DNA of 64,000 bases, from assembly GCA_031411295.1 (NCBI GenBank), contig JANOAV010000150.1, positions 25,216 to 89,215 of the forward strand. Direction: 5' to 3'. This document shows, piece by piece, positions 1 through 9,911 of this stretch (position 1 is the first letter of the stretch; every line of letters starts with the position of its first letter). The notes beneath the pieces were generated by a model. That model was not told where the DNA came from and did no database searches. It worked only from the letters and a program-made list of their open reading frames with translations. Origin of the DNA: Verrucomicrobiales bacterium. GTDB taxonomy: Bacteria > Verrucomicrobiota > Verrucomicrobiia > Verrucomicrobiales > V1-33. The position numbers and the translations under genes were made by a program.

Positions 1-79
1 ACCCTCAACGGATCAGCCTCGGCTGCAAGCCGCTTGAGGGGAGATCCAAGGAGCGACATTGACGACAAATTCCACGTCG

Positions 80-165
80 ATGAGGGGAACCCATTTCCCG
101 GGATAAACCCATGGATGCAAAAGCGCTGGCCGGATGTGCATAACGCGTTGAACACATATGTGAAG
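80..165 (+). pseudogene. DUF4058-family N-terminal fragment
   Basis: Frame reads NPFPGINPWMQKRWPDVHNALNTYV, resembling the DUF4058 start (PSPFPGMDPYLE..W.D.H..L..Y). The ATG at 80 is out of frame and similarity ends after about 25 codons. Confidence 0.5.
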
Positions 166-229
166 CCATCGCCGGCAGAAGTAGCCAGAATACATCCATC
201 ATCCCACTGCTACCTAAGAGGAACAAAAT

Positions 230-1756
230 TCAGATCACCAACTCACTAAGCACCTTTCCCTCATCCGTCGGTCCGATGAGTCGGTTATCTAGGCCTTGCC
301 ATGGGAAACTGAAGCGATATGGATCCAGCCCTAGCACGTGCTGAATCGTGGCTTGCAGGCTGCGGATGCTGACGGGTTTATCCACCGGATAATAACCGAA
401 CTCATCCGTCTGGCCATACGATAGTCCGCCTTTGATACCGCCGCCGGCCATCCACATGCTGAATGCGTGAGGATGGTGATCGCGTCCGATGAAGCCTTTC
501 TTCAACTCCGTGTTCACATTGTTCTGCATCATCGGCGTGCGGCCGAATTCCCCGCCCCAGACGATTAATGTTTCGCTCAACAAACCCGTGCGCTCCAAGT
601 CCGTGAGCAGTGCAGCGATGGCCTTGTCCGTTTGCTGACATTTGATGGGCAAGGTTTCATCAATGCTTTCCCCAGGCGAGGATCCGTGGTGATCCCAGCC
701 CCAATCATAAAGTTGCACGAAACGCACCCCGTTCTCTAACAGACGTCGCGCCAGCAGGCAGTTGTTGGCAAAGGTCGGGTCATCGCCCTTGTAGAGCGCG
801 CGTGGATCATCAGCGGACTCGGACTTGGAAACAAAGCCTGGCTTGGCTCCGTAGAGGTCCAGCACGTGTTGTGGCTCCTTGGAAATATCCATCACTTCCG
901 GCACCGACATCTGCATCCGGTAGGCCAGTTCATACTGCGCAATGCGCGTGATTGTCTCCGGATCTGCACTGCGTTCGTGTTCCGCCTGATTCATTTCCGC
1001 CAGTGTGTCTAACATCCGACGACGCAGGCTGCGATCCATCCCCGCTGGATCGCCCAGATACAGCACCGGATCACCCTTGGTGCGGCACTGCACGCCTTGA
1101 TAAACGCTGGGCAGAAAGCCCGAACCCCAGAGCGATTTCCCCGCATCCGGCGTCTTTCCACCAGAGAGCAGGACCACGAAACCCGGCAGGTTTTCGTTCA
1201 TGCTCCCGAGTCCATAAGTCACCCAGGACCCAAGCGACGGATTGCCCAACCGTGGCGTGCCCGTGTGCACGAAGAGTTGTGCCGGCGCATGATTGAACTG
1301 ATCCGTGTGCACCGTCCGCAGCACGCTGAATTTATCGGCCACCGTGCTTAGATTTGGCAGCAGTTCACTGATCCACTGAGCGCTCTGGCCATGTTGTTTG
1401 AATGAAAACTGTCCGGCTAGGATCTTCGGCACGCCTTTGATGAAAGCGAAGCGCTTCCCTTCCAGAAAGGAAGCGGGAGCGTCCTTCATGTGCAGCTTCA
1501 TGAGGTCCGGCTTGTTTTCAAACAGCTCCAACTGCGAGGGGGATCCCGCCATGTGCAGGTAAATCACCCGCTTCGCCTTGGCCGGAATCATGGTGGGCTT
1601 CGGTGCCAACGGATTCACCGCACCGACCGCCTTGCTTTCCCCTTGCAGCAGGGATTGCAGCGCCAATGCGCCGACGCCCAAGCCGCTGGATTTGAAGAAA
1701 TGCCGCCGCGTTTGCTGGCGCGCGCGGGTTAGGAAAAGATCGTTTAGCTCGTTCAT
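230..1756 (-). CDS. DUF1501 domain-containing sulfatase-like protein (Tat signal)
   Basis: TRRHFF Tat motif, AKRVIYLHMAGSPSQLE, WDHH, GEFGRTP, GRDHHP; adjacent to the PSD1 gene. Confidence 0.93.
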   Translation of the reverse strand: MNELNDLFLTRARQQTRRHFFKSSGLGVGALALQSLLQGESKAVGAVNPLAPKPTMIPAKAKRVIYLHMAGSPSQLELFENKPDLMKLHMKDAPASFLEGKRFAFIKGVPKILAGQFSFKQHGQSAQWISELLPNLSTVADKFSVLRTVHTDQFNHAPAQLFVHTGTPRLGNPSLGSWVTYGLGSMNENLPGFVVLLSGGKTPDAGKSLWGSGFLPSVYQGVQCRTKGDPVLYLGDPAGMDRSLRRRMLDTLAEMNQAEHERSADPETITRIAQYELAYRMQMSVPEVMDISKEPQHVLDLYGAKPGFVSKSESADDPRALYKGDDPTFANNCLLARRLLENGVRFVQLYDWGWDHHGSSPGESIDETLPIKCQQTDKAIAALLTDLERTGLLSETLIVWGGEFGRTPMMQNNVNTELKKGFIGRDHHPHAFSMWMAGGGIKGGLSYGQTDEFGYYPVDKPVSIRSLQATIQHVLGLDPYRFSFPWQGLDNRLIGPTDEGKVLSELVI

Positions 1757-1759
1757 GGC

Positions 1760-4696
1760 TTAGTTACGGGAAAGGAATTCATCTAGGTTAAGAATAGCAT
1801 TGGCGGTCACGATCCACGCTGCGAACGATACTTCCGAACAACCTTGCGGCGTTTGTCCGCGCACGGTTTTCAGGAGATCGGAGGCTTGCGCTGGGGTTGC
1901 GGTAAACTTTGCTAGCGCATCCTGCTGAAGTTTCAGCAGAGGATCGATTTCATGCTCGTGCAGCCGTCGAATCAACGCCAGGCGCAATCCGCGTGCCGCC
2001 CGCGTGGGATCATCGGGACCTGCCTCGATCATGCGTTTCGCCAAAGCCGCTGCCGCCTCCAAATAAACGGGATCATTCAACACCACGAGCGCCTGCAGTG
2101 GTGTGTTCGTGCGGATGCGGCGGATCTGACAAACTTCACCACTGCCACCATCGAACGTGGTCATGGTGGGATAAGGCGTAGTGCGTTTCAAATAAGTGTA
2201 GAGCCCCCGTCGATACCGATCCTCCCCTTCTGCATCCACCCACTTCAGTCCATTGTAGGTTGAACGCCACAAGCCCGCTGGCTGCGGCGGCATCACGGGT
2301 GGGCCGGTCATTTTCAAGGATAGAAGGCCGGAGACCGCCAGCGCTTGATCGCGAATCGCTTCTGCGCCTAACCGGAATCGCGCCCCGCGAGACTGGAGGA
2401 AATTTCGCGGATCCGCCTTGGCTAAAGTGGAATCTGATTCGGACGCCTGCCGATACGTTTCGCTCAGCACGATGCTGCGCAGCAAGTGTTTCGTCGACCA
2501 ACCCCCATCACGATACTCCGCCGCCAACCAATCCAGCAACGCGGGATTCGCAGGCGGCAGGCCTAACGCCCCGAAGTCTTCCTCCGTTTCCACAATCCCA
2601 ACCCCGCACAATCGCGCCCAAATGCGGTTCGCCCAGACGCGCGGAGTCAGCGGATTTTCCTTGCTCGTCAACCAATGTGCCAGCCCCAGGCGATTCGCTT
2701 TCTCACTCGCTGGCAGCGGATGGAAAGCTACGGGCACAGCCGCTACCACTGGGTCTCCCTGGTCCAGGAAATTTCCCCGCTTGTGAATTTTGGTCACCCG
2801 TTGCTTTCCTTCACCTAACTCACGCAGCACTGGCAACTTTGGTTGCGAGTCGTTCCACTGCTTCAACTCCTTCTTGAGGGACGCTACGGACGCCCGTGCT
2901 TGCACCAACTCTGGTGCAGTCGCTGGTTCTTTACCTTCGCTCGTCATGCTAATGCGGAAGCGCTGCATCGTCAGTTGCTGACCGTATTGTTGGGAGAGCT
3001 GGACATTAATTTCTGTCGGCTGGGTAATTGTCAGCGGCATTGCGAAATCAAACGTCGCCACATGGCGGTCATGGAAACGCGGACTGATAGCCCAACCAGT
3101 TTCCAGCTTGCCATCAATCGCCCCTGTAACCGGCCAGCCACCTTGCGCATAATCCGCCTGCGGATGCTGCAACGTGGCACGGGCTTCCAGCCCGTCAGCC
3201 TGAGGACGCCCCTTGTCACCCAAGCGCTTAGCCTCCTCTAAAGCTCCACGGCTAGCGGCCTGGAAGCCCACGCCACTTACAGTCAACTCAGAGATCACAA
3301 AGTTAGGATCAGCGGCATTGCGTCCCACTTTCCCTTTCTCCGGCAAGGCCTCCAAACGAAGCTTCTGCCAAGTGCCCGCAGGCAGCGTGAGTTTCACCGT
3401 GTAAACCTCCCGCTCCGGATTCTTGCCACTCGCGAGGATGGAACCATCCGCTTGCACCGTGAGCGTGGCAGCTTCCGCTGTCGCAGCGATCACTTTGGGA
3501 GTGATCCACAGTTTATCCTGCTCAGTCACTTGCGCGGCGTAAGATTTCTCCAATGGAGCCAACGTCGCCTCGGCGTCCTGCAGCTTGGTTTCCAACGCTT
3601 TGCGGGCAGCGTCATTTTGCGTCGCCACGGCCATCACGGGCGAATCATCCCCACGATCCGCGTCTTCCGTCTGATTGAAGATGGCGAACAATTGATAGTA
3701 TTCCGACTGGGAAATGGGATCATATTTATGGGTGTGGCATTTGGCACAGCCCATCGTCAGCCCCATCCAGACTTGCATCGTGGTATCCACCCGATCCTTC
3801 ACCGCCACTTGGCGGAACTCTTCATCGTCCGTGCCACCTTCGTCATTGCTCATGGTGTTGCGATGACAGGCCGTGGCAATTTTCTGCTGCTCAGTGGCAT
3901 CCGCCAGCAAATCTCCCGCCAACTGCTGTTCCGTAAATTGCGGCAGCGGTAGATCCTGATTGAACGCCTGCACCACCCAATCCCGCCACGGCCACATGGT
4001 GCGGCCCAAGTCCTTCTCATAACCTTTCGTGTCGGCATACCTCATGAGATCCAGCCACATGCGCGCCCAGTGCTCGCCAAACTGCGGCTTGGCTAGTAAC
4101 TCATCCACCAGCTTCGCATACGCCTCGGGCGACGCTCCGGCAGAGAAGGCATCCGCCTGCTCCGGCGTGGGCGGCAGGCCGATGAGATCCAAATACAACC
4201 GCCGCACTAACGTCTGCGGCAATGCCGGCTTTCGGGGCTCCAGGCCTTTGGTCGCCAATTCCTTGCGCACCAACACATCAATCCCATTGCTTCCCGCAGC
4301 CGTCTCCGGCCGCACCACTGGCTCGAACGACCAATGCCGGCCCCACTTTGCGCCTTCCGAAATCCAACGACGCAACGTTTCCACCTGCGCTGGTTTCACG
4401 GTTTTGTGCGCCTTGGGCGGCGGCATGACCTCGTCAGGATCGGTGCTGAGCAATCGAGAAATGATCGTGCTCTGGTCAGGTTGCCCCGGCACAATAGGGA
4501 AACCATCGTCATGCTCCCGCTTGGCCTCCGCCTCCAGATCCAAACGCAGATTCCCCTTCCGTTCATGCTCATCCGGCCCATGGCACGCATAGCAATTGAG
4601 TGAAAGAATCGGCAGCACCTCACGCGAGAACTGCACGGTTTCGGCGGCGGCAGTAAAGTTAAGGAGTAAAAAGGCTATCAAAAAACGGGGCATCAT
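1760..4696 (-). CDS. PSD1 / planctomycete cytochrome c protein (DUF1549 + DUF1553)
   Basis: CYACHGPD and CAKCHTHKYDP heme motifs, HWSFEP, GEHWARMWLDLMRYADT, NTPLQAL, C-terminal ILNLDEF. Confidence 0.93.
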   Translation of the reverse strand: MMPRFLIAFLLLNFTAAAETVQFSREVLPILSLNCYACHGPDEHERKGNLRLDLEAEAKREHDDGFPIVPGQPDQSTIISRLLSTDPDEVMPPPKAHKTVKPAQVETLRRWISEGAKWGRHWSFEPVVRPETAAGSNGIDVLVRKELATKGLEPRKPALPQTLVRRLYLDLIGLPPTPEQADAFSAGASPEAYAKLVDELLAKPQFGEHWARMWLDLMRYADTKGYEKDLGRTMWPWRDWVVQAFNQDLPLPQFTEQQLAGDLLADATEQQKIATACHRNTMSNDEGGTDDEEFRQVAVKDRVDTTMQVWMGLTMGCAKCHTHKYDPISQSEYYQLFAIFNQTEDADRGDDSPVMAVATQNDAARKALETKLQDAEATLAPLEKSYAAQVTEQDKLWITPKVIAATAEAATLTVQADGSILASGKNPEREVYTVKLTLPAGTWQKLRLEALPEKGKVGRNAADPNFVISELTVSGVGFQAASRGALEEAKRLGDKGRPQADGLEARATLQHPQADYAQGGWPVTGAIDGKLETGWAISPRFHDRHVATFDFAMPLTITQPTEINVQLSQQYGQQLTMQRFRISMTSEGKEPATAPELVQARASVASLKKELKQWNDSQPKLPVLRELGEGKQRVTKIHKRGNFLDQGDPVVAAVPVAFHPLPASEKANRLGLAHWLTSKENPLTPRVWANRIWARLCGVGIVETEEDFGALGLPPANPALLDWLAAEYRDGGWSTKHLLRSIVLSETYRQASESDSTLAKADPRNFLQSRGARFRLGAEAIRDQALAVSGLLSLKMTGPPVMPPQPAGLWRSTYNGLKWVDAEGEDRYRRGLYTYLKRTTPYPTMTTFDGGSGEVCQIRRIRTNTPLQALVVLNDPVYLEAAAALAKRMIEAGPDDPTRAARGLRLALIRRLHEHEIDPLLKLQQDALAKFTATPAQASDLLKTVRGQTPQGCSEVSFAAWIVTANAILNLDEFLSRN
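3174..3276. repeat. REP-like inverted pair inserted in frame within the PSD1 gene
   Basis: GTGGCACGGGCTTCCAGCCCGT ... GCGGCCTGGAAGCCCACGCCAC inverted arms. Confidence 0.75.
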
Positions 4697-4941
4697 ACTT
4701 CTCGCAGGTTACACCAAGCCGCGAAATGACGCTTTGATGAATTTCGCTTTTTTGTGTAGATTCGGAGAATGAAAGCGCCAGACGTTCCCTTCTTCATGAA
4801 AGATCGGGGGCCAGCTGAACTGTGGCGGAGACCAGCGCCACGCCACGTCAATGCTGCTTGGCGGGGTCTCGTAACCTCGCTCTCCACAGCTGTTGATGCC
4901 AATCAATGGCGCCTACCTGGTTGCCCCGCATCTGCGCAGGC

Positions 4942-6195
4942 TCAGAAAGGCAGCCAGTCCTTACTCACAAATTTGACGACCTCGACTTGCCGAACATCAC
5001 GGGAAATTTCTGGATAGCGCACCTCGATGATGGCCGCGTGCGAAGGCTCCATGGCCGTTAGCAGCAGCATCTCCGTCGCGATCTCACTCTCCTTTGGCGC
5101 GTAGCCAACGAGATCTCTGACTAAGCCGGGAAATTTTAATTTGAAACAAACGTATTTATCCGCCGTGAATTCAAAGTTATAGTAGGTATCGCGCTCGATC
5201 TGCACGTGCAGCAGGGTTGGGGAAGTGGACTTGGAGGAGACTAACTTTTCGATGTGCTCGGTTTGGTAGAGCGTGCTGGTGAACCAGTCAATCTTATAGG
5301 AGTCTCCCGCTGGCACGAGATTGAAGAACAAGCCACCTGGGTAGTCCGGGGTCTCGAAGGCAATGCTCACCAGTCCATGGCCGACCATGCCAAAGCTCTG
5401 CACCGCATTTAGAATCGGTTTGTCACTGTGGCTTTGGTAAAATTCGCGGACAATGGGGGTGACGGCCTCCCGCTCACGCAGATACTGCAGCTTCTCCACA
5501 TAGCCGTCGGCCTTGAGGAATTTCTGGATGATTTTGCCAGCCCGATCGATGTCCAAGTCATAGCGCAAGACCGGTTCGAAGACCAGGTTGTCGCCCACGC
5601 GGTAATTCTGCGTCGGGGCCACCACTCCCTTGTCGGTGGTGAGGAAAATCAAGACCGCGGCTAGGCCCACGAAGATCAGCATAATCCCAGCCAGGCTGAA
5701 GCGCTCCAGCTTGCCATCCTCATCATAGAGCCAATTGGTGCAGGAGTTCGTCTGCAAGAACACCAGGAGGGGATCCTGTTTGAAGTCTGATTTACTGGCG
5801 TGGGTGGTTTCGAGTAATCGATCCCAGTTGTCGGTAAAACGTTCCTGCTGCGTCGTCGAGATCAGCACATCATCTGCGGCCGCCGCCGGGTTGCTCTCCC
5901 CGAAGGCTTGATCCTGAAGAAAGCTGGAATACTTGGATTTCCATGCGCGAATGGATGACGCTGAAAGATGAAGCCCCCGTGCGACTTCGTGGATGGGGAT
6001 CCCTTCCTGGATGACTCTGCGCACGGCTTCACGCACGCGCTCCTGCTCAGGGATACGATCCAACTCTTGAGCCGAGAGGTTAGGCTGCGCCAAGCGCTCA
6101 TAGACCGTGGAAAGCGGATTCTGCTCGAAATGATCGGCAGAAGCGGCGCGTGGGATTAAGTTAAGCTTATTTTCCTGGGGGTCAGGGTCGGACAT
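4942..6195 (-). CDS. Hypothetical single-pass membrane protein with N-terminal HTH; paralog of the neighbouring gene
   Basis: 417-aa ORF; IHEVARGLHLSASSIRAWKSKY HTH-like segment, one TM helix, C-terminal domain shared with 6251-7894. Confidence 0.75.
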   Translation of the reverse strand: MSDPDPQENKLNLIPRAASADHFEQNPLSTVYERLAQPNLSAQELDRIPEQERVREAVRRVIQEGIPIHEVARGLHLSASSIRAWKSKYSSFLQDQAFGESNPAAAADDVLISTTQQERFTDNWDRLLETTHASKSDFKQDPLLVFLQTNSCTNWLYDEDGKLERFSLAGIMLIFVGLAAVLIFLTTDKGVVAPTQNYRVGDNLVFEPVLRYDLDIDRAGKIIQKFLKADGYVEKLQYLREREAVTPIVREFYQSHSDKPILNAVQSFGMVGHGLVSIAFETPDYPGGLFFNLVPAGDSYKIDWFTSTLYQTEHIEKLVSSKSTSPTLLHVQIERDTYYNFEFTADKYVCFKLKFPGLVRDLVGYAPKESEIATEMLLLTAMEPSHAAIIEVRYPEISRDVRQVEVVKFVSKDWLPF

Positions 6196-6250
6196 GGGAG
6201 GGAGGGAGACAAGGGGAGCGGCATCCGCATCCCCTTGGCTGAAGCAGGGT

Positions 6251-7894
6251 TTAAGGAGGGGAGGACGAACTCGCAGTGCTCGACTCCGGGCGCTTCACTG
6301 GATGAATCTCATCCCGATCATAAAACCACGAACGATGCACGATCTTATCGATGAGCACCTGCTCCCGCGAAATGGGGTTTTCTGGATAACGCAGTTGAAG
6401 CATGATATTGGCCTCAAGCAAGAGTTGTTGGTTTATTTCTTCAGCCACCGTGCTGCCTTTTTTCACATAACCATGGATCATAAAATCAGGATCTCCGGGG
6501 TAGGTTAGTTCATAGCTGATCCATTTGTCCTGATCACTGAACCCATAGTTATAATAAGCTTCTGGTTTGCACAGCACCCGAAACGTCAATGGTTCCAGGG
6601 GCTGCTTGACCATGTAGTCGCGCAGTTCCATGGGCTGATACCCTACGGAGGTCTCCCAATCCAGCAGGTAACGAGACCTTCCGTTGGCGGTGGCAGGAAG
6701 GACTTGCTCCACGGTAAAATAACGCAGGATTTTTTCTGGTCCCATCCGCAGGGCCAGGAAAATCATGTAAGTCTTGCCAATCAGCGCTTTCTTAAAGTTT
6801 TCCGGCTCCTCCGAACTCAATGGCCCTGACGGGTGGACGGCATACCATTGCTTCATGAGTGGCTTCACTTTTTCGGGCCTCCTGACGAACGCTGACTTTG
6901 CCTCCCAGCCGTCCGCCGCGAGAAACTGGCGGACCAGTTTATAGGAACCATCGACCTCGTCGTAGGAGATTTGGGCAAGTTTATCGGAGGATGTGTCTGC
7001 TTCAATTTTAGCCGCGCTGGGCTCGCTGGCGGAGACCACGGCCTTGCCGGGAGCTGTGTGGATCAAAAACCACACCGCACCGCCCCCAATCAACAAAATG
7101 AGGGCCAACAACCCCCATCGGCCGGTGCCTGAGATGCGGCGCAATAAAAGCTGGCCGGGGAAAATCCTCCGCTTCCCTTTGCGGGTTCGCTTGCGCTCAA
7201 CCCCTTCCGGCTGGTCGTTCAATTCAACGGGTTGTGCGGTCGTGCGCAGCAGTCTGGGCACCATCGTTTCCGGGTGCAGCAAATCCGGTCCTGGGCTGGC
7301 CCATAAATCAGCACGGATTTCGGCCTCAGGAACTTCTTTCAGCGCTGCGGTATCCCAATCCGTCAGTCGAATTTCATCCGCCTCCCGGCGGCGGCGTTTC
7401 TTTTGGCGGACTGGCAGATCACTCTCCATCACCTTGAGCTTATCCACGAACTCGTCGGGCAACTTCGATTCCGCAGGCGGTAGCACCCGTTTCTCACTCG
7501 AACCAGCAGCGTTGATCTCCTGGAAGGGCAGCACCGAGCGCACTGGTGGCAGGTTCGAGGAACCCGACAGGGGTTGAGACAACGGGCGTGGCGTGCCGTC
7601 AAAACTTCCGGGGGCGGGCGCAAATTGAGTTTCGCGGGCGGCCGGCAGATGACTGGAGCGCGCTGGACGCTCCGGTGTCGATTGTGCTGGGGCCGACCTG
7701 AGTTTACCCGCTAGCGGTGGTGGCTCGGGTTCCGGGGTCGCGAAATCAATGGCGATGGGAGCACGGCACGAGGGGCAGAGTAGCGCGTGCTTCCCGACCA
7801 ATTCACGACGCAACTTCATGGTCTTGCCGCAGGCCGGACAGTCCGCAATGACCCATTCAGCGGGGCGAGGTATCAAGGGTGAATTTTCGGACAT
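6251..7894 (-). CDS. Hypothetical membrane protein with N-terminal Zn ribbon
   Basis: CPAC...CPSC, Pro-rich linker, TM helix, C-terminal domain (FLAADGW..K, LDWETSVGYQ, YYNYGF, LRYPE). Confidence 0.75.
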   Translation of the reverse strand: MSENSPLIPRPAEWVIADCPACGKTMKLRRELVGKHALLCPSCRAPIAIDFATPEPEPPPLAGKLRSAPAQSTPERPARSSHLPAARETQFAPAPGSFDGTPRPLSQPLSGSSNLPPVRSVLPFQEINAAGSSEKRVLPPAESKLPDEFVDKLKVMESDLPVRQKKRRRREADEIRLTDWDTAALKEVPEAEIRADLWASPGPDLLHPETMVPRLLRTTAQPVELNDQPEGVERKRTRKGKRRIFPGQLLLRRISGTGRWGLLALILLIGGGAVWFLIHTAPGKAVVSASEPSAAKIEADTSSDKLAQISYDEVDGSYKLVRQFLAADGWEAKSAFVRRPEKVKPLMKQWYAVHPSGPLSSEEPENFKKALIGKTYMIFLALRMGPEKILRYFTVEQVLPATANGRSRYLLDWETSVGYQPMELRDYMVKQPLEPLTFRVLCKPEAYYNYGFSDQDKWISYELTYPGDPDFMIHGYVKKGSTVAEEINQQLLLEANIMLQLRYPENPISREQVLIDKIVHRSWFYDRDEIHPVKRPESSTASSSSPP

Positions 7895-8182
7895 GCAGGA
7901 AGAGAGAATGGGGTGTTTTTGCTGCATGATTGTGCTCCGTTCTCAGACTGTCGTCAATCCCCAAACGGGCTTTCGACGTTTATCTCGAAGACTCGCTTTA
8001 TCAATTCTGCGAAACTTTGGCTAGACAAATGAGGTGAAATTTCCGAAAGGTTCTTATTTCTGACACAATCAGCTAAAAAATTCTCCTTTTTGGTTGCCTC
8101 TTATTTAAGAATACCTTATTATCCGGAAAAATTAATTGCAATTTTCCTTACTGCCTCTGCTCACGTGTCCACTCCCCTAACC

Positions 8183-9862
8183 ATGAACCAACAACTCGAA
8201 CGAATCGCAGCTGTGAATCAGCACTTGCGGCGCGCGCTGGATCAGGTCGCAGATGCGGTGCTCATATTGGAAAGTGGTCCATTGATTGATGCCGGACCCA
8301 GGATAATTTACGCCAACGAAGCTGCGCTGCGGCTATTGAGCAGGGATGTGGGGCGTTTAATCGGTGCCCATGTGGGGTGTTTTTTGGAGCAAAGCGCAGT
8401 GGCGGACTTTCTTGGCCACCTCACCTCGGAAACCTTGGCTGGAAGCTGGCAAACAAGTTTGCCCCTCCGGCTCGTGAGCGGAAGCACCATGCCCTCCCGG
8501 TGGACGATCAGCGCGGCCCGGGATCAAGCGGGAGCAGTCCTGAACTATACGGCCACCTTTCAGCTCGAGGCCACCACTTCGTCACCTGAAGCGCCCGGAG
8601 TGCTCCCGGAACCTCCGCCCATCTCGGTGTCCCTGCCGTCCATTGATCCAGATCCAAAGAACGTTCCCGCGCCCGATGAGTATCAGGCAGACCAGGTTTC
8701 TAACATCCGTGAAACCTCGCGTCGCGTCGCGCATGAATTCAATAACGCCCTGACCGCCATCCTCATGCCAGTGGGCGTGGCCGCCCGGTTGGCTCCTCCA
8801 GGCAGCGACCTGTTGGAGAAGCTCATTTTAGCCCAACGCAGCGCAGAGAAGGCGGCTGGCTTGGCGAAGGACTTCCTCGAATGTTTCCGCCCCCGGGAAG
8901 CCATCAAGGAACGCACGTGCCTGAAAGATCTGCTCAGCCGCACGCTTCGCTTGGCCACAGTCGCAGAGCAGGTGGAATGCCAGTTGAGCTTTTCAGACGA
9001 TCTGCTCGCGGTGCAAGCAGACCCGGAGCAAATCGAGCGGGTCTTCTTCAATCTCATTCGCAATGCGTGTGATGCCATGCAGCAAAAAGGTCGCTTGTTG
9101 ATCAAAGCCACGAACGTGACGGTTGCCGCCTCCGAAGCAACGGAGACCACCCGCTTGGCTCCCGGACCATACGTGCGCGTCATCGTGCGGGATTACGGCC
9201 CCGGCATTCAACCAGAACACATGCAGCATTTGTTCCATCAACGCTTCACGACCAAGCCGCATGGGAACGGATGCGGGCTCCCGATTTGCTATCAAATTGT
9301 GCAGGAACACGGCGGAGCCATGTATGTTAGCTCGAAAGTGAACGTCGGCACCGCATTCGATATCTTTCTGCCGGCCGCAGTCATTCCGGAGGCCGTGTCG
9401 GATCCGCCTTCCGTGCCCTTTGCCCCCCTGGAGGAAACCGCCGCTGCGGCTCCCCCCGCGGAAATCGCTCCTCCGCAAATCACTTCGGAGCCATCCTCAC
9501 TGCTCATCGTCGAAGATGACGATGTCATCCGCTTGGTCACCAGCGATATTACGAAACAACTCGGCTGGGAAGTCGAATCGGCCGCCGCTGGTGATGAAGC
9601 GCTGAACATCCTGCGTTCGCGTCATCGGGAAGACCGCCCCATCAAAACCGTGCTGCTGGATATGAATCTTGCCGGAGCTTACTCTGGAATGCAAACCTTC
9701 GAGCGTATGCAGCAAATGGATGCAGACATTCGTGTCATTGCCACCAGTGGGGATCATCAAGACCCTGATGCTTACCGTCGTCTGGGCTTCGTTACTTTTC
9801 TGCCCAAACCTTACAGTTGGGAGAGCTTGCAGAAGACGCTGAACGATTCTCTTAGCAGTTAG
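8183..9862 (+). CDS. PAS-domain hybrid sensor histidine kinase / response regulator
   Basis: PAS (IIYANEAA), H-box AHEFNNALTAI, N-box NLIRNACDAM, DYGPGI, FTTK..GNGCGL, receiver LIVEDD/LLDMNL/LPKPY. Confidence 0.92.
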   Translation: MNQQLERIAAVNQHLRRALDQVADAVLILESGPLIDAGPRIIYANEAALRLLSRDVGRLIGAHVGCFLEQSAVADFLGHLTSETLAGSWQTSLPLRLVSGSTMPSRWTISAARDQAGAVLNYTATFQLEATTSSPEAPGVLPEPPPISVSLPSIDPDPKNVPAPDEYQADQVSNIRETSRRVAHEFNNALTAILMPVGVAARLAPPGSDLLEKLILAQRSAEKAAGLAKDFLECFRPREAIKERTCLKDLLSRTLRLATVAEQVECQLSFSDDLLAVQADPEQIERVFFNLIRNACDAMQQKGRLLIKATNVTVAASEATETTRLAPGPYVRVIVRDYGPGIQPEHMQHLFHQRFTTKPHGNGCGLPICYQIVQEHGGAMYVSSKVNVGTAFDIFLPAAVIPEAVSDPPSVPFAPLEETAAAAPPAEIAPPQITSEPSSLLIVEDDDVIRLVTSDITKQLGWEVESAAAGDEALNILRSRHREDRPIKTVLLDMNLAGAYSGMQTFERMQQMDADIRVIATSGDHQDPDAYRRLGFVTFLPKPYSWESLQKTLNDSLSS

Positions 9863-9911
9863 TCCTGGGCGGGCGTGGTCTTTGCCAGTGCCTCCCCAGC
9901 GGGGTCTCACC

